This document shows, piece after piece, positions 41,435 through 55,004 of a DNA stretch of 64,000 nt. Origin of the DNA: Tubulanus polymorphus (Eukaryota > Animalia > Nemertea); NCBI RefSeq assembly GCF_964204645.1, contig NC_134034.1, forward strand, positions 12,164,962-12,228,961, read 5' to 3'. Each line of letters begins with the position of its first letter. Position 1 is the stretch's first letter. The position numbers and the translations under genes were made by a program. The notes under the pieces were generated by a model. It was given only the letters and a program-made list of their open reading frames with translations, was not told the DNA's origin and searched no databases.

Positions 41435-41867
41435 ATCATGTAATACTACATTAGAGAGAAATGAAGGTCGATACGAGTTATTTTTTTCTTCATTCTCTGG
41501 TAAAATGCGGAAAAGCAATAGCTCAACAGTATAAGAGTAATCTATCATGACTGACGCAGCTATGTACCTCCCTAGAGTCAATGTAACAAACGCTAATTAC
41601 AGACCTTTAGTTTTGTTCTATATGTGAGCTATGAAGCGATGGGGAGAACAGAGGGAGAGGGGGAGGGAGAGGGGGAGTTCTGTGCAGCTCACCGATCCAA
41701 CCCAATTAAAGTGTAGAGTCTATAAAAATGTGACATTTTGTTTGCAACACTTTTCGTAACATTCTTTTCGGTTCAATATTAGCAGCGCTTGTATTTTTCA
41801 ACGCCTTAAAATATACCTTATATTAACAAAAGATGAAGCTGATGGTTGTCGTAAACAATAAACAAGT

Positions 41868-42140
41868 GGAACAGAATAAACCCTCCTCAGGTATTCAGGA
41901 ACAGAATAAACCCTCCTCAGGTATTCAGGGACAGAATAAACCCTCCTCAGGTATTCAGGAACAGAATAAACCCTCCTCAGGTATTCAGGAACAGAACAGA
42001 ACCTCCTCAGGTATTCAGGGACAGAACAGAACCTCATCAGGTATTCAGGGACAGAATAAACCCTCCTCAGGTATTCAGGGACAGAATGGACGATCCTGCG
42101 GTACGGTATTCAAGAACAGAACAGACCCTCCTCAGGTATA
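41868..42140. repeat. 30-bp minisatellite
   Basis: GAACAGAATAAACCCTCCTCAGGTATTCAG units. Confidence 0.93.
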
Positions 42141-44204
42141 ATACTGTACAGTGAATAGATAGCGTGCTACCGGGTATAAATTTACCGCAGTTTGCGCAAT
42201 GTTTGAACAATAAAAAACGAAACAACGGTTTTATGTGTTTTTGCCTCGGCATGAAACCGATGTAAAGCGAGCAATTCGACAATGTTGAATCGTGTAAGTT
42301 ACAGGATATATGATCAGTGTCCGTCTCCTCAATACATACTAGGGCTTCGTGGGAAACTAGCGCAACTCGGGTTTTCAAATACACGCTATCAGATAGTAAT
42401 TATTATTGCCAAAAAATTCTGTAAATTCGACCACCGATCACATTACTTTATAATATCTGTACTCCGATTTCCGATTTCAAAAATCATTCTCCCTGTTTTG
42501 CTCCCGGCAGATTTGGTGGGTTTGTAAGGGACACCAAATCAAGACAAATCAAACGAAATCTAACAATCAAATGAATAACCGGGACAATCCCTATTCCAAG
42601 ATCATATACCCTAAGATGGAATTGAAGCCATTTAAAGATTACCTTTCATCTGACAGCGAATATTTGATTCAACTACATCAATTTATATAAATTTCATTGG
42701 AATCAGAACACTCTGAGTGAACGAATACGATGGACTAATATCTCCTAGGAAAAAAAAGCACATATTCGAGTCGCTGTTTCGTTGTAAAATTCTCGCGTAC
42801 AGAACTGAGCCCACAGAGCCGTCACCACAATAACACGGACACCTTTTGTCATACACGCCACGAACTGGTTTGTACCAGAACAATCAAAAACTGACCTATT
42901 TGGCCAATCTATAGATTGCGCATGAGTGGTCTGTCGAAGGATTATTCCAGCTCGCCTTGAGCATGATCTACCAGAGACCAGGGTCACATAAAATGATAAA
43001 CACACGACCTGAGGTGCCACGACCACAATTTTGTAGATTTTAGCTAAAAGTACTAAGAACTCTACCAGGACATCCTCACCTTTGATTGGTGCAGTCTTTG
43101 GGCTCGAGGATGTCTTATCAATTATATACAGGATAGGTGGCGGTAAATCAATATGAAATAGTTTACATATTGAACTAAATGGTTCACTACGTTAGCGAGG
43201 AATGAACTATGTTAAAGACAAGCTAGGTCCGGTTTCACAGTATACCGAGTTAGAATTAAAATCAGTTCATTTTAAATGTCTAAAGAGTCAAATTCAACTC
43301 AGAACTATGACACTGGATCCCGGGATAAAGATATGCCAAGTTATTCTCGAAAAGGCTTTAAATCAATAGAAAAAAATACTCTAAATATAGTATAGAAAAA
43401 ATACTCATGCATGTAAAACAAATCACTTATAGTACTTTTGTAATGTAAGTCTTATTATATCTTGTATACATTGATGTAAATTATTCAGAAAATAAATATG
43501 ATATGATATGATACTCGCACTTTTTTAGTTGCTGTTTCCTTTTCAAACTCGCTGTTTCATTTTTCGAATTACGGGATATTTCTGTTACGACTATACCGAG
43601 AAACTAGGTTCTTGTGAGTTAAGAATTGACTCTGAGTTATCGCATTGAAAACGAACTAACTTTTGACTCGAGAGTTAAGTCTGACTCGCAACTGCGGATC
43701 CAGGCTTCTATATTCGTCGCTGTGATCACATCGAGCACGCGTATCAATCGGTGGAATTCAGATTTTAATCAGTAACTCGTAACACCCTCCTTAATGTTGT
43801 CCAATTCGCGTTTATCGGCAATCGGAGACTAGACGCCGTTCTCGTTGTTTTCACGGGTTTTTTTTCGCTTTCGCAGCGATAACCGTTTCGAGAGAACATT
43901 GATGTTTGAAATGTTTGTCAGGTTTTACTCGATCGACGAGGCGGCGGAGATGGTTATTTTTACGTCGGTTATGTTTAAGCGTTATCGGGACGGGATCGAA
44001 ACCGGGGCTGCTCTTACGAAACCGACGATATGGGTAATTCAGGGAAAAAAAGCTACACAAAGACGGGCTGTTGTATAACAAACTAGCGATTCATTCAAAA
44101 CACCGAAAACGTCTAGAAACTTATCTAAATATAGATCCGGGTGTAAACATCTGCAGGTTGCATTTGAAACAACAGAATTAAGAAAAGTTCCTAGGTTAGT
44201 TACG

Positions 44205-44532
44205 TCAAAATTAGACCCACACAACTGTTTAACTGGATTCAAGGTCATATTAAACCCACACAACTGTGGAACTGGGCTCAGAGTCGATTAAAACCCACGC
44301 AACTGTGGAACTGGATTCAGAGTCATATTAAACCCACGCAACTGTGGATATGGATCTAGAGTCAAATAAAACCCACGCAACTGCGGAACTGGGTTCAGAG
44401 TCATATTAAACCCACGCAACTGTGGATATGGATCAAGAGTCAAATTAAACCCATACAACTGTTGAACTGGGTTCGAGTCAAATTAAACCCCACGCAACTG
44501 TGAAACTGGGTGCAGAATCAAATTAAACCCCA
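44205..44532. repeat. ~39-bp minisatellite derived from MITE terminus
   Basis: AACTGTGGAACTGGGTTCAGAGTCAAATTAAACCCACGC units; also 44920-45170 and 2940-3200. Confidence 0.85.
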
Positions 44533-46942
44533 AAATCGATCGAGTTACTGTTTCAACTGACTTTGAACTGAATTTTCGATTTTCAGTTTTGAAGAATGTC
44601 ACAGCAATCTGTATTGAAGTTTATGTGATTTTCGGCGGTCGTATCTTCTGAGAAATGAGAGACTTGTGAGTGTGTTCCAAGTGAACCCGGGACTCGTCGT
44701 GTTGTTCGTGAGTTTTATGAACTTATAACACGATTTCAGTGCAAGTCGATTCGACACGTAATTCACAATCGCTGTCGATCAATTATTCATAATAATTCCA
44801 GCCACGACAAACAATCAGTGCAGTAGTAAATTCTGATAGTTTTGTAGCGGTTGCGGTTTTCTTTTTGAAAATCGCCGTAGCATTTCCAAAAAATCGATTC
44901 TTGAACCAAATAAAACCAATACAACTGTGAAACTGGAGGCAGGGTTAAATTGAGCCCACACAACTGGAGCCAAAGTTTAGTTAAACCAACATAATCGTGG
45001 AACTGGGTCCAGAGACCCACACGGAACTGTACCCAGAGTTTAGTTAAACCCTAAACTGGGTTCAGGGTCAAATTAAACCCACGCAACTGTGGAACTGGGT
45101 CCAGAGACGAATTAAACCCACACAACTGCGTAACTGGCTTCAGAGACAAATTAAACCCACGCAACTGATGAACAGGATAATGATGACAATGATCAGACGA
45201 GTGGATGAGTCAATAATGAGGAATATATTTATCAATCAATACGGATAATCACGTGACCTACTATGCAAAATAAGAAAACGCCTCGTAATGAGATAATATA
45301 TAGTCGATATGTTAACGATAATTGTCGCGTTCGGCTATTGTGGAGAATTACAAATTAATCATTACTCGAACATTATGGGAACGGACAGGACAGGACAAAC
45401 CGCGCTACTTGTGACGCAGTGATAATTTATTCACGAAACGACTTGTTCGTTACTAGCAACATATATAACAAATTAATAACTGAAAGAGCGTCACTTGATC
45501 GGATTAATCACGGTACAATATACTGACTATATGCATGGTGTCTCTGATCGCGCGTAGAGGGAGAGGGAGGGAGAGAAAAATAGTTGCTGAAATACTTTTT
45601 AAAAGTCTTTTTCGATGATATCTCCAGTGCCTGGTTTCACGAAAAGATGTTTGGCGTAATTGCAATTGGTTACTTCATGTTTTCAATGAGGACAACAATT
45701 CAAACTTAACTGATTTAAGCTTAAACTTTTTTCACGAAACCGACCCCAGTTGTGCTGTTCGAAATTACCTTAAAACACGCGACGAAATAGACGAACCAAA
45801 TCTACGCATTGTTCGGTGTTTGAAGCCGTTGCTAAAAACAAATCTAAATTTCAAAATCGAACCCCCTGTTTCGCTCCCGGCAGGTGTGGTGGGTTTGTAA
45901 GGGACACCGAATAAAAAAAATCAATTTGTATTTTTTTTTTTAATTTTATACGATTCTGTTAAAATTTGAATTCAAAATGCACCCGATTAGAGAAGTCAAA
46001 TTGATATTCGAACGAAAATGAAAGAAAAAGTTAAAGAACGACATACCTGTTTAATTTCTGAAATTACGAGGGCTGAATATTTTGTTAGTTTGTTGTTTGT
46101 TCCTCGGGGAGGGGTATCCTGCAGTTCTGTACACAGACACACTGTTAATCCGTAACTGAGCGTCTGCACACAGAGCGCGCGCTGGCGGGAGTTCGGCATG
46201 CGCCGCCGGACTGCGCGCGCCATGCACATGATTGTGGAGCCAGCCGGGATCACGTAAATCTGGCCCGGATCAGACCCGAACTATAGAAACGGTTGAAATT
46301 TTTTAAAATTTAGCCCGTCACTTGCGTTTTTAAATTTTGATAATTTCGTACATGATATCGCGACGAGCGTGAAATGTCCTCAGTCTCGACAAGTAACAGG
46401 GTTTAGTTTTTAGAAAACATCATCAACTTCAGGGCACGATGACAAAATCGAAGATCGAAGAGGCATTATCCGGCCAAGTCCGCATTTTATTGTGGGAGGT
46501 AGGTGAAATTCGATACGTTTAATACCGACTAAGCGGATTTACACAGACTACTCAATAAAGCTTTGCAGTGAGCGAGTGAGGCTGATGGTTTCTAGACGGA
46601 AGCCATGAGTTCTCAGTCAGGGAAACTACTATTATTTCGAGCTGAATGATCGAGAATTTGTGGCACAGACTCGAACGTGGGTTGTTTATCGACACATTCC
46701 GGCAATTGAAGAACCTGCAAGAACCATCGACGCTACTGTGGTAATCGAGGATTCCTCGTGTGGCAAGTGAAGATCCACCAGGTGTGCTAGTAGTAAGCAA
46801 GGTTACTGCGGCAGCCGATCATTCCTTCTGTGGTAAGTGAGGTTCAATCAGGTGCGCCAGTGCATGATAGGACAACAACATTGACAAAAGAGGATTCCAC
46901 TAGTGGCAATCGAGGACTCACCTGATGTCACAAGTGTTACAA

Positions 46943-47160
46943 GTAAACCGACAGCCCGGGAAGGCACGTAATCGTGTAAACCGACAGCCCGGGAAGGCAC
47001 GGAATCTTGTAAACCGACAGCCCGGAAAGGCACGGAATCGTGTAAACCGACAGCCCGGGAAGGCACGGAATCGTGTAAGCCGACAGCCCGGGAAGGCACG
47101 GAATCGTGTAAACCGACAGCCGGGAAGGCACGGAATCGTGTAAACCGACAGCCCGGGAAG
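46943..47160. repeat. 33-bp minisatellite
   Basis: GTAAACCGACAGCCCGGGAAGGCACGGAATCGT units. Confidence 0.93.
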
Positions 47161-47404
47161 CCACTGTCAAAACAATCTAGTGAACGCGCTTCACGACATT
47201 TAAACTAAAAAGCGAATAGTATCAGGTGAAGTACGATCGAGCCGGCGGCGTTCAGTGGAAACGATCAATTTTCAAAGTAGATTTTATCTTTTGTTTCAAG
47301 AGACGGTTTTGCGACGAACCAAATGGCCCGTAATTACTAAGATTAATGAGGTCATTATCGGCAAGTGAAACCGTTCACGAAATGGCCGGTGATATTACTG
47401 AGAG

Positions 47405-48138
<734 letters not shown>

Positions 48139-48629
48139 AGCAACTACACCATTTTACTGTCATACATCATTTTTGAATTGAAAGAGTTTTTTGGGGGATA
48201 TATTCAAGTTAGCGGAGGAACCATATCCAAATTAGACTCGATTCATAAAAGAAATATCAGAAGACACAATTTATGGTTTTTAGGGCCACACAGTCAGTTC
48301 ATTGGTCTTGCTATAAACCAGTATGAGCTTAGACTGGTCCTGAGTTATTAGATTGGTTATAGAACCAAAATGAGCTTAGAGACATGCGTTAAGTTGTTAA
48401 AATATATACAACCGAATGAGCTTAGACTGGTCTTAAACTGATAGATTGGCTAAAGAACGATATCTAGCTTAGACTGGTTCTAATTTAAACATCGACAGTG
48501 AAACAGGCCTGGAACATAAGTACAAATCATGACACAATCTTAGCCACTACTGCCCCAGTTCTACTGTGCCCGTGTTGACATTTCGTTTGATAACTTAACC
48601 TTGGATCTATTTGTAACTGTGGGTCAAAT

Positions 48630-48771
48630 TGATAAAACTGTAAAGCCTATGCCACGAAATTACGCCTCAGTTGTTTTTCAACCTATATCTGACGAAACTA
48701 CATTAGGATAGTTATCAGTTATATTCGACTCATAAGACATTCAGTGACTGCTCGGTTGAACTGGTGTTTGT
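48630..48771 (+). promoter_or_regulatory. Putative cassette promoter/5'UTR block (homologous block precedes each exon A)
   Basis: GATAA…GTAAA…CTATG.CAC…CAGTTGTT…GATAGTTATCAG…ACTCATAAGACATT.GTGACT shared with blocks at ~50830, 52790, 54857, 56815 and more loosely 59490, 62050. Confidence 0.45.
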
Positions 48772-48898
48772 ATGATGGGTATGCACAGGCAGTTGTACGC
48801 GATGTGGCTGATGTTCTTGACGGCCAGTTTTATAACAATTATCTGGATCGCTGTCAATATTCACTTGTACGGTTGGAACTGCGATAATATATGCGCAG
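48772..48898 (+). CDS. GH3/GHDC-like cassette 1, exon A (start codon + hydrophobic N-terminal segment)
   Basis: ATG 48772, MMGMHRQLYAMWLMFLTASFITIIWIAVNIHLYGWNCDNICA-G; ends CAG|GTAAG (phase 1); homologous exon recurs 7 times and joins exon B in frame. Confidence 0.85.
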
Positions 48899-48919
48899 GT
48901 AAGAGATTCACCTCCAGCA

Positions 48920-49400
48920 CATGGGAGCCCTTCACCCGACTGACAGGGTTCGTGAGGAGCCCTTCACCCGACTGACAGGGTTCGTGAGGAGCCCTTCACC
49001 CGACTGACAGGATTCATGGGAGCCCTGCACCTGACTGACAGGATTCATGAGAGCCCTGCACCTGACTGACAGGGTTCGTGAGGAGCCCTTCACCCGACTG
49101 ACAGGGTTCGTGAGGAGCCCTTCACCTGACTGACAGGATTCATGGGAGCCCTGCACCTGACTGACAGGATTCATGGGAGCCCTGCACCTGACTGGTAGGG
49201 TTCATGGGAGCCCGTCAGCCGACAAGCAAGGCTCAATGGGAACCCTTAACCCGACTGGCACGGCTCATGGGGAGCCCTTCATCCGACGGGTAGGGTTCAT
49301 GGGGAGCCCTTCGCCCAACTGGAAGGGTTCATGGGATGCCCTTCACCTGACTGACAGGGTTCATGGATAGCCTTTCATCCGACTAGCAGAGTTCATGGCG
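48920..49400. repeat. 31-32-bp minisatellite inside cassette 1 intron
   Basis: GAGCCCTTCACCCGACTGACAGGGTTCGTGAG units, degenerating toward the 3' end; absent from paralogous introns. Confidence 0.9.
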
Positions 49401-49455
49401 AAACCCTCCTTGACACCAATAAATTCATTAGTATGATGTTGTTGATGTTTTGCAG

Positions 49456-50663
49456 GTTGTGTCTCTTTAGTGTTAGTCGTTATAACCGGTATCATCAGTG
49501 ATATTCGCAGCCGAGATCCCAGTGATTCTCACTCCTGGTCCAGTCTCTATCACCAATACTACGAAGTTGTAAGAACACTAACCACCGGCAGATGGCGCTA
49601 CGCTCAGTTTATACGTCACTCGCTGGACGTCGCCAAGCAGCAAGAAGCCTTCCTAGTCAATCTACTGAAGGAAGCAAGTCACACAGAATACGGCAGGAAA
49701 TTCGGATTCGCCGAAATTAACGACGTAAAGAGATTCCGACAGCAGGTGCCACTGTCTAAATACGACAGTTACCGTGAACTGGTGAATAGGATGCTAGAAA
49801 CAGACGCCGGGGACCTGGTCAGTCCGGGTAAAGCCATCAAATACGGTATGACGTCGGGAACCACTGGTCCGAATAAACACATACCTTACAATTATAAAGC
49901 TTGGAATACGCTCGTAAACGACTACCTGTATTTAATCAGATACACTGAATACAAGCACGGTATGACTGCACGAGCAGGACTTCGTAAAATCCTCGAGCTT
50001 CTAATCCTGCATAAACCGAATCTAAACCGTTTTGGTAAACCAGTCGCCGGTATACTGGTGCTAGTGGGCGAGCAGGCTTATTCGGTAAAACCGGACTGTA
50101 TGCGAGGACGGAAACTGAGTGAATCGTTACAGATGTACATTCAGGCGCGGATTGCTTTACAAGAACCAAAACTACAATTCATACAAGGCTCATTCCCGAC
50201 TATTATGCGCAGTTTCGTTTCCACGATCGAATCTCGCTGGCAGGAAATCTGTGACGACATCGAACGCGGTACATTGACCGACAAACTCGACCTTGACATC
50301 GACCTGCGCCGTCAGATCGTCTGCCAGCTGAAGCCGGATAAAGCTCGCGCTGATGAACTGAGAATGTTGTTCGGCGAAGGTTTCGATAAGTTGCTCAGTC
50401 GCGTGTGGCCGGAGTTGCAGATGGTTGCACAGGTGACGACTGGAGCGTTCACTCATGAGTCAGCTGTCATCAGAGCCAAATATCTGAACGATTCTGTAAT
50501 GATGAAGTCTATAATGTATGGAGCTACTGAAGGCTTATATGGTATCACTATGCCTGGTGTTCCTGATGGTCATTATGTTCCGATGTTACCGCTACAGTTT
50601 CTAGAATTTATACCTCGTAACGAATGTGAACTCGACAAACCGACCACAAGACTAGCTCATCAG
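49456..50663 (+). CDS. GHDC: GH3/GHDC-like cassette 1, exon B (N-terminal adenylation/acyl-binding domain)
   Basis: Acceptor TTTTGCAG|GT; open frame with GH3 hallmarks TEYGRKF, FRQQVPLSKYD, P-loop TSGTTGPNKHIP, ICDDIERGTL, WPEL, YGATEG, FLEFIP; ends RLAHQ CAG|GTTTAT (phase 0); 1208 nt. Confidence 0.9.
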
Positions 50664-50969
50664 GTTTATGAATATTCTTTTCTCATTTCTTTCATCATCT
50701 TAACCTTACTTATCATCGATTATGTTCATCTATTTCATTCCTCATTTACCAGGCATTTCATGTGGTTTTTTCCCATTACAAAAAAATGTAATATGTTTTA
50801 TAACGTACTCGGGCCAGATTTCAAAGGTGACACGATAAGATATAGTAAAATCTATGTCAACAAAGATACCTTAGTATTTAAAGAAATATCTATATAAACT
50901 GCCATTCGATGACAGATACCAGAATCACGAGACGGCATTCTGCGAGTTGCGGTTTCAAGGTATTGTAAG

Positions 50970-51093
50970 ATGGGTATGCATAGACGGTTACATGCGTTAT
51001 GGCTGGTGATTTCGACGACCAGTTTTGTCACGATGACCTGGATCGTTGTCAATATTCACTTGTACGGTTTGAACTGCGATACTATATGTGCAG
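50970..51093 (+). CDS. GH3/GHDC-like cassette 2, exon A
   Basis: ATG 50970, MGMHRRLHALWLVISTTSFVTMTWIVVNIHLYGLNCDTICA-G; CAG|GTAAG phase 1. Confidence 0.82.
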
Positions 51094-51416
51094 GTAAGGA
51101 GCAACTGTTTCCAAATAATATCGATTGAAAATTCTGGACCAAAACACATGAAGACTTATAGTGCCTAATAGGTTAACGTGATTGTATCGATAACTTTCGC
51201 TACTACATCGTAGTATATAGTGGCATAGTGTCGTCATCAGGTAGATGAGACCTGTTGAAGCTTACATGCACTTAACTGATTAGCCCGTGTTCTTAAAACA
51301 ATCAAGGTTACCTACCGTTCAACCAGTCTTCGCAATTATTGATTTTAAACGGCTACAAATTCAAGGCAACTTCAACCAATCCTGATATGACCTTCGATGC
51401 TGTTGATGTTTTGCAG

Positions 51417-52624
51417 GTTGTGTGTGCTCAGTGTTAGTCGTTATAACCGGTATTATCAGTGATATTCGCAGCCGAGATCCCAGTGATTCTCACTCCTGGT
51501 CCAGTCTCTATCACCAATACTACGACGTCGTGAAAACACTGACCACTGGTAGGCGGCGCTACGCTCAATTCATACGTCACTCGTTGGACGTCGCCAAGCA
51601 ACAAGAAGCCGTTCTTGTTGATCTGATGAGGGAAGCAAGTCACACAGAATACGGCAGAAAATTCAGATTCGCCGAGATTAACGACGTAAAGAGATTCCGA
51701 CAGCAGGTGCCACTGTCTAAATACGACAGTTACCGTGAACTGGTGAATAGGATGATAGAAACAGACGCCGGGGACCTGGTCAGTCCGGGTAAAGCTATCA
51801 AATACGGTATGACGTCGGGAACCACTGGTCCAAACAAACACATACCATTCAACTATAAAGCTTTGAATATGATTGTAAGTGACTTGATCTATTTACGCAG
51901 ATACACCGAGTACAAACATAGTTTGACCGCGAGAGCGGGGCTTCGTAAAATCCTTGAGCTTCGTATCCCGCATAGGCCGAATCTAAACCGTTTCGGCAAA
52001 CCTGTCGCCGGGATAATGGCGCTAGTTGGCGAACAGGCTTATTCGGTAAAACTAGACTGTATGGGAGGGTGTAAACTGAGTGAATCGGTACAGATGTACA
52101 TTCAGGCGCGGATCGCTTTACAAGAATCAAAACTACAATTCATACAAGGCTCATTCCCGACTATTATGCGCAGTTTCCTTACTACGATCGAATCTCGCTG
52201 GCAGGAAATCTGTGACGACATCGAACGCGGTACGTTGACCGATAAACTCGACCTTGACATTGACCTGCGCCGGCAGATCGTCTGCCAACTGAAGCCGGAT
52301 AAAGCTCGTGCGGATGAACTGAGAATGATATTCGGTGAAGGTTTTGATAAGTTGCTCAGTCGAATGTGGCCGGAGTTGCAGATGGTTGCACAGGTGACGA
52401 CTGGAGCGTTCACTCACGAATCGGCTGTCATCAGAGCCAAATATCTGCACGATTCTGTAATGATGAAGTCTACAATGCACGGAGCTACTGAAGGTGTATA
52501 TGGTATCACTATGCCTGGTGTTCCTGATGGTCATTATGTTCCGATGTTACATCTACAGTTTCTAGAATTCATACCTCGTAACGAATGTGAACTCAGCAAA
52601 CCGACCACCAGACTAGCACATCAG
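51417..52624 (+). CDS. GHDC: GH3/GHDC-like cassette 2, exon B
   Basis: TTTTGCAG acceptor; 1208 nt open frame; TSGTTGPNK, HGATEG; donor CAG|GTTTAT. Confidence 0.9.
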
Positions 52625-52947
52625 GTTTATAAATCTTTTTCCTTCATTTTACCAGTACTTATCGTAAATTTCGTTTCAATTCTTTGTTTTCTTATTTCTC
52701 ATTTTTTACGCCTCCGGGCTACTTGTTTGTTTTTCATAGCGAATGATTGCATGTTTTAACAAAGTGCTCGGGCCTGATTTTTAAGTATGACACGATAAGA
52801 TATAGTAAACTCAATGTCACAAAATGACGACAGTTGTTATACGCATATAAACTATGTGTATGACGTAATCGCCTGAGGATAGTTATCAGATCAGGATCAC
52901 GAGACTCATAAGACATTTTGTGACTTCTCGGTTTAACTGGTGTTTGT

Positions 52948-53074
52948 ATGATGGGTATGCACAGGCAGTTGTACGCGTTATGGCTGATGTTTTTAACGGC
53001 CAGTTTTATCACAATTATCTGGATCGCTGTCAATATTCACCTGTACGGTTTGAACTGCGATACTATATGCGCAG
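52948..53074 (+). CDS. GH3/GHDC-like cassette 3, exon A
   Basis: ATG 52948, MMGMHRQLYALWLMFLTASFITIIWIAVNIHLYGLNCDTICA-G; CAG|GTAAG. Confidence 0.85.
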
Positions 53075-53205
53075 GTAAGGAGCGACTGCTTTCAAATAAG
53101 TGAATCATAAATTCTAGACTGATGCACGTGAAGACTTATAGTACTTACTAGGTTATCTTGATTTTATTAGTAACTTAAGCTTCTAGTACACAGTGTTACC
53201 ATCAG

Positions 53206-53343
53206 GGGCCGGTTGCATAGTCATGGCTTAGACTTAAGACCAGTCTAAGACCAACTCAGTTCTATAGCCCATCTAACAACTTAAGACCAGTCTTAAGATT
53301 TAGGACCACTTTTGGGCTTAAGTCACGACTGTGCAACTGGCCC
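53206..53343. mobile_element. PIF/Harbinger-like MITE (138 bp) in cassette 3 intron
   Basis: TIRs GGGCCGGTTGCATAGTCATGGCTTA / TAAGTCACGACTGTGCAACTGGCCC; CAG TSD at 53203-05 and 53344-46; paralogous introns of cassettes 2 and 6 show the empty site with a single CAG. Confidence 0.85.
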
Positions 53344-53502
53344 CAGGTTAATGAAACCTGATGAAGCACTAGTAGCTACTTTTTCTTATAAACTCAAGGT
53401 AACCTACGAGCAATTAGTTTTCAAGTGTATTGATTTTACACGGCAATTGATTTTAGAGAACCTCAACCAACCCCGATATTTATGACCATTGATGTTTTGC
53501 AG

Positions 53503-54710
53503 GTTGCGCATGTTCAGTGTTCGTCGTTATAACCGGTATTATCAATGATATTCGCAGTCGAGATCCCAGTGATTCTCACTCCTGGTCCAGTCTCTACCGT
53601 CAATACTACGACGTCGTCAAAACTCTGACCACCGGTAGATGGCGCTACGTTCAATTCATACGTCACTCGTTGGACGTCGCCAAGCAACAAGAAGCCGTTC
53701 TTGTTGATCTGATGAAGGAAGCAAGTCACACAGAATACGGCAGGAAATTCAGATTCGCCGAAATTGATGACGTAAAGAAATTCCGACAGCAGGTGCCACT
53801 GTCTAAATACGACAGTTACCGTGAACTGGTGGATAGAATGATAGAAACAGACGCCGGGGACCTGGTCAGTCCGGGTAAAGCTATCAAATACGGTATGACG
53901 TCGGGAACCACTGGTCCAAATAAACACATACCTTACAATTATAAAGCGTGGAATTCTCTCGTGAACGATATGATCTATTTTGCTAGATACACCGAGTACA
54001 AGCACGGTTTGACTGCAAGAGCGGGGCTTCGTAAAACCCTCGGGTTTCTAATGCCACATAAACCGAATCTAAACCGTTTTGGTAAACCAGTCGCTGGTAT
54101 AATGGCGCTAGTTGGTGAGGAGGGTTATTCGGTAAAACCTGACTGTATGCGGGGGCATCATCTGAGTGAATCGGTACAGATGTACATTCAGGCGCGGATT
54201 GCTTTACAAGAAACAAAACTACAATTCATACAAGGCTCATTCCCGACCATAATGCGCAGTTTCGTTTCCACGATCGAATCTCGCTGGCAGGAAATCTGTG
54301 ACGACATCGAACGCGGTACATTGACCGATAACCTCGACCTTGACCTTGACCTGCGCCGGCAGATCGTCTGCCAACTGAAGCCGGATAAAGCTCGCGCTGA
54401 TGAACTGAGAATGTTGTTCGGTGAAGGTTTTGATAAGTTGCTCAGTCGCGTGTGGCCGGACTTGCAGATGGTTGCACAGGTGACAACTGGGGCATTCGCA
54501 CACGAATCGGCTGTCATCAGAGCCAAATATCTGAATGATTCTGTAATGATGAAGGCTGTGGGGTATGGAGGTACTGAAGGTGTATATGGTATCACTATGC
54601 CGGGTGTTCCTGATGGTCATTATGTTCCGATGTTACATCGACAGTTTCTAGAATTTATACCTCGTAACGAATGTGAACTCGACACACCGACCACCAGACT
54701 AGCCCATCAG
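53503..54710 (+). CDS. GHDC: GH3/GHDC-like cassette 3, exon B
   Basis: TTTTGCAG acceptor; 1208 nt open; TSGTTGPNK, YGGTEG; donor CAG|GTTAAA. Confidence 0.9.
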
Positions 54711-55004
54711 GTTAAATATTTTCACCTTTTATCGGTACTTTTTATCAATTTCTTTTAATACTTTTTCATTCCCCAATTACCGATGTTTTACGTGTTCTTT
54801 TTCATAAAAATCGTTGCATGTTTTTGTGTAACGTATAACGACCTGATTTAAAGTGCGATACGATAACATACAGTAAAATCTGTGTCACAAATTGGCGACA
54901 GTTGTTAAAGATATATCTATATGAACTGCTAATCGAGGACAGATAACGGGATCACGAGACGAATAAGACATTTTGTGACTGCGCGGTTTTAAGGTGTCTC
55001 TACG

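Noticed and set aside
49739-49754. Exonic CTCF-like site ACAGCAGGTGCCACTG in every exon B
   Set aside because: Mismatch at the critical GGC core; conservation is explained by coding (RQQVPL) and overall homogenisation
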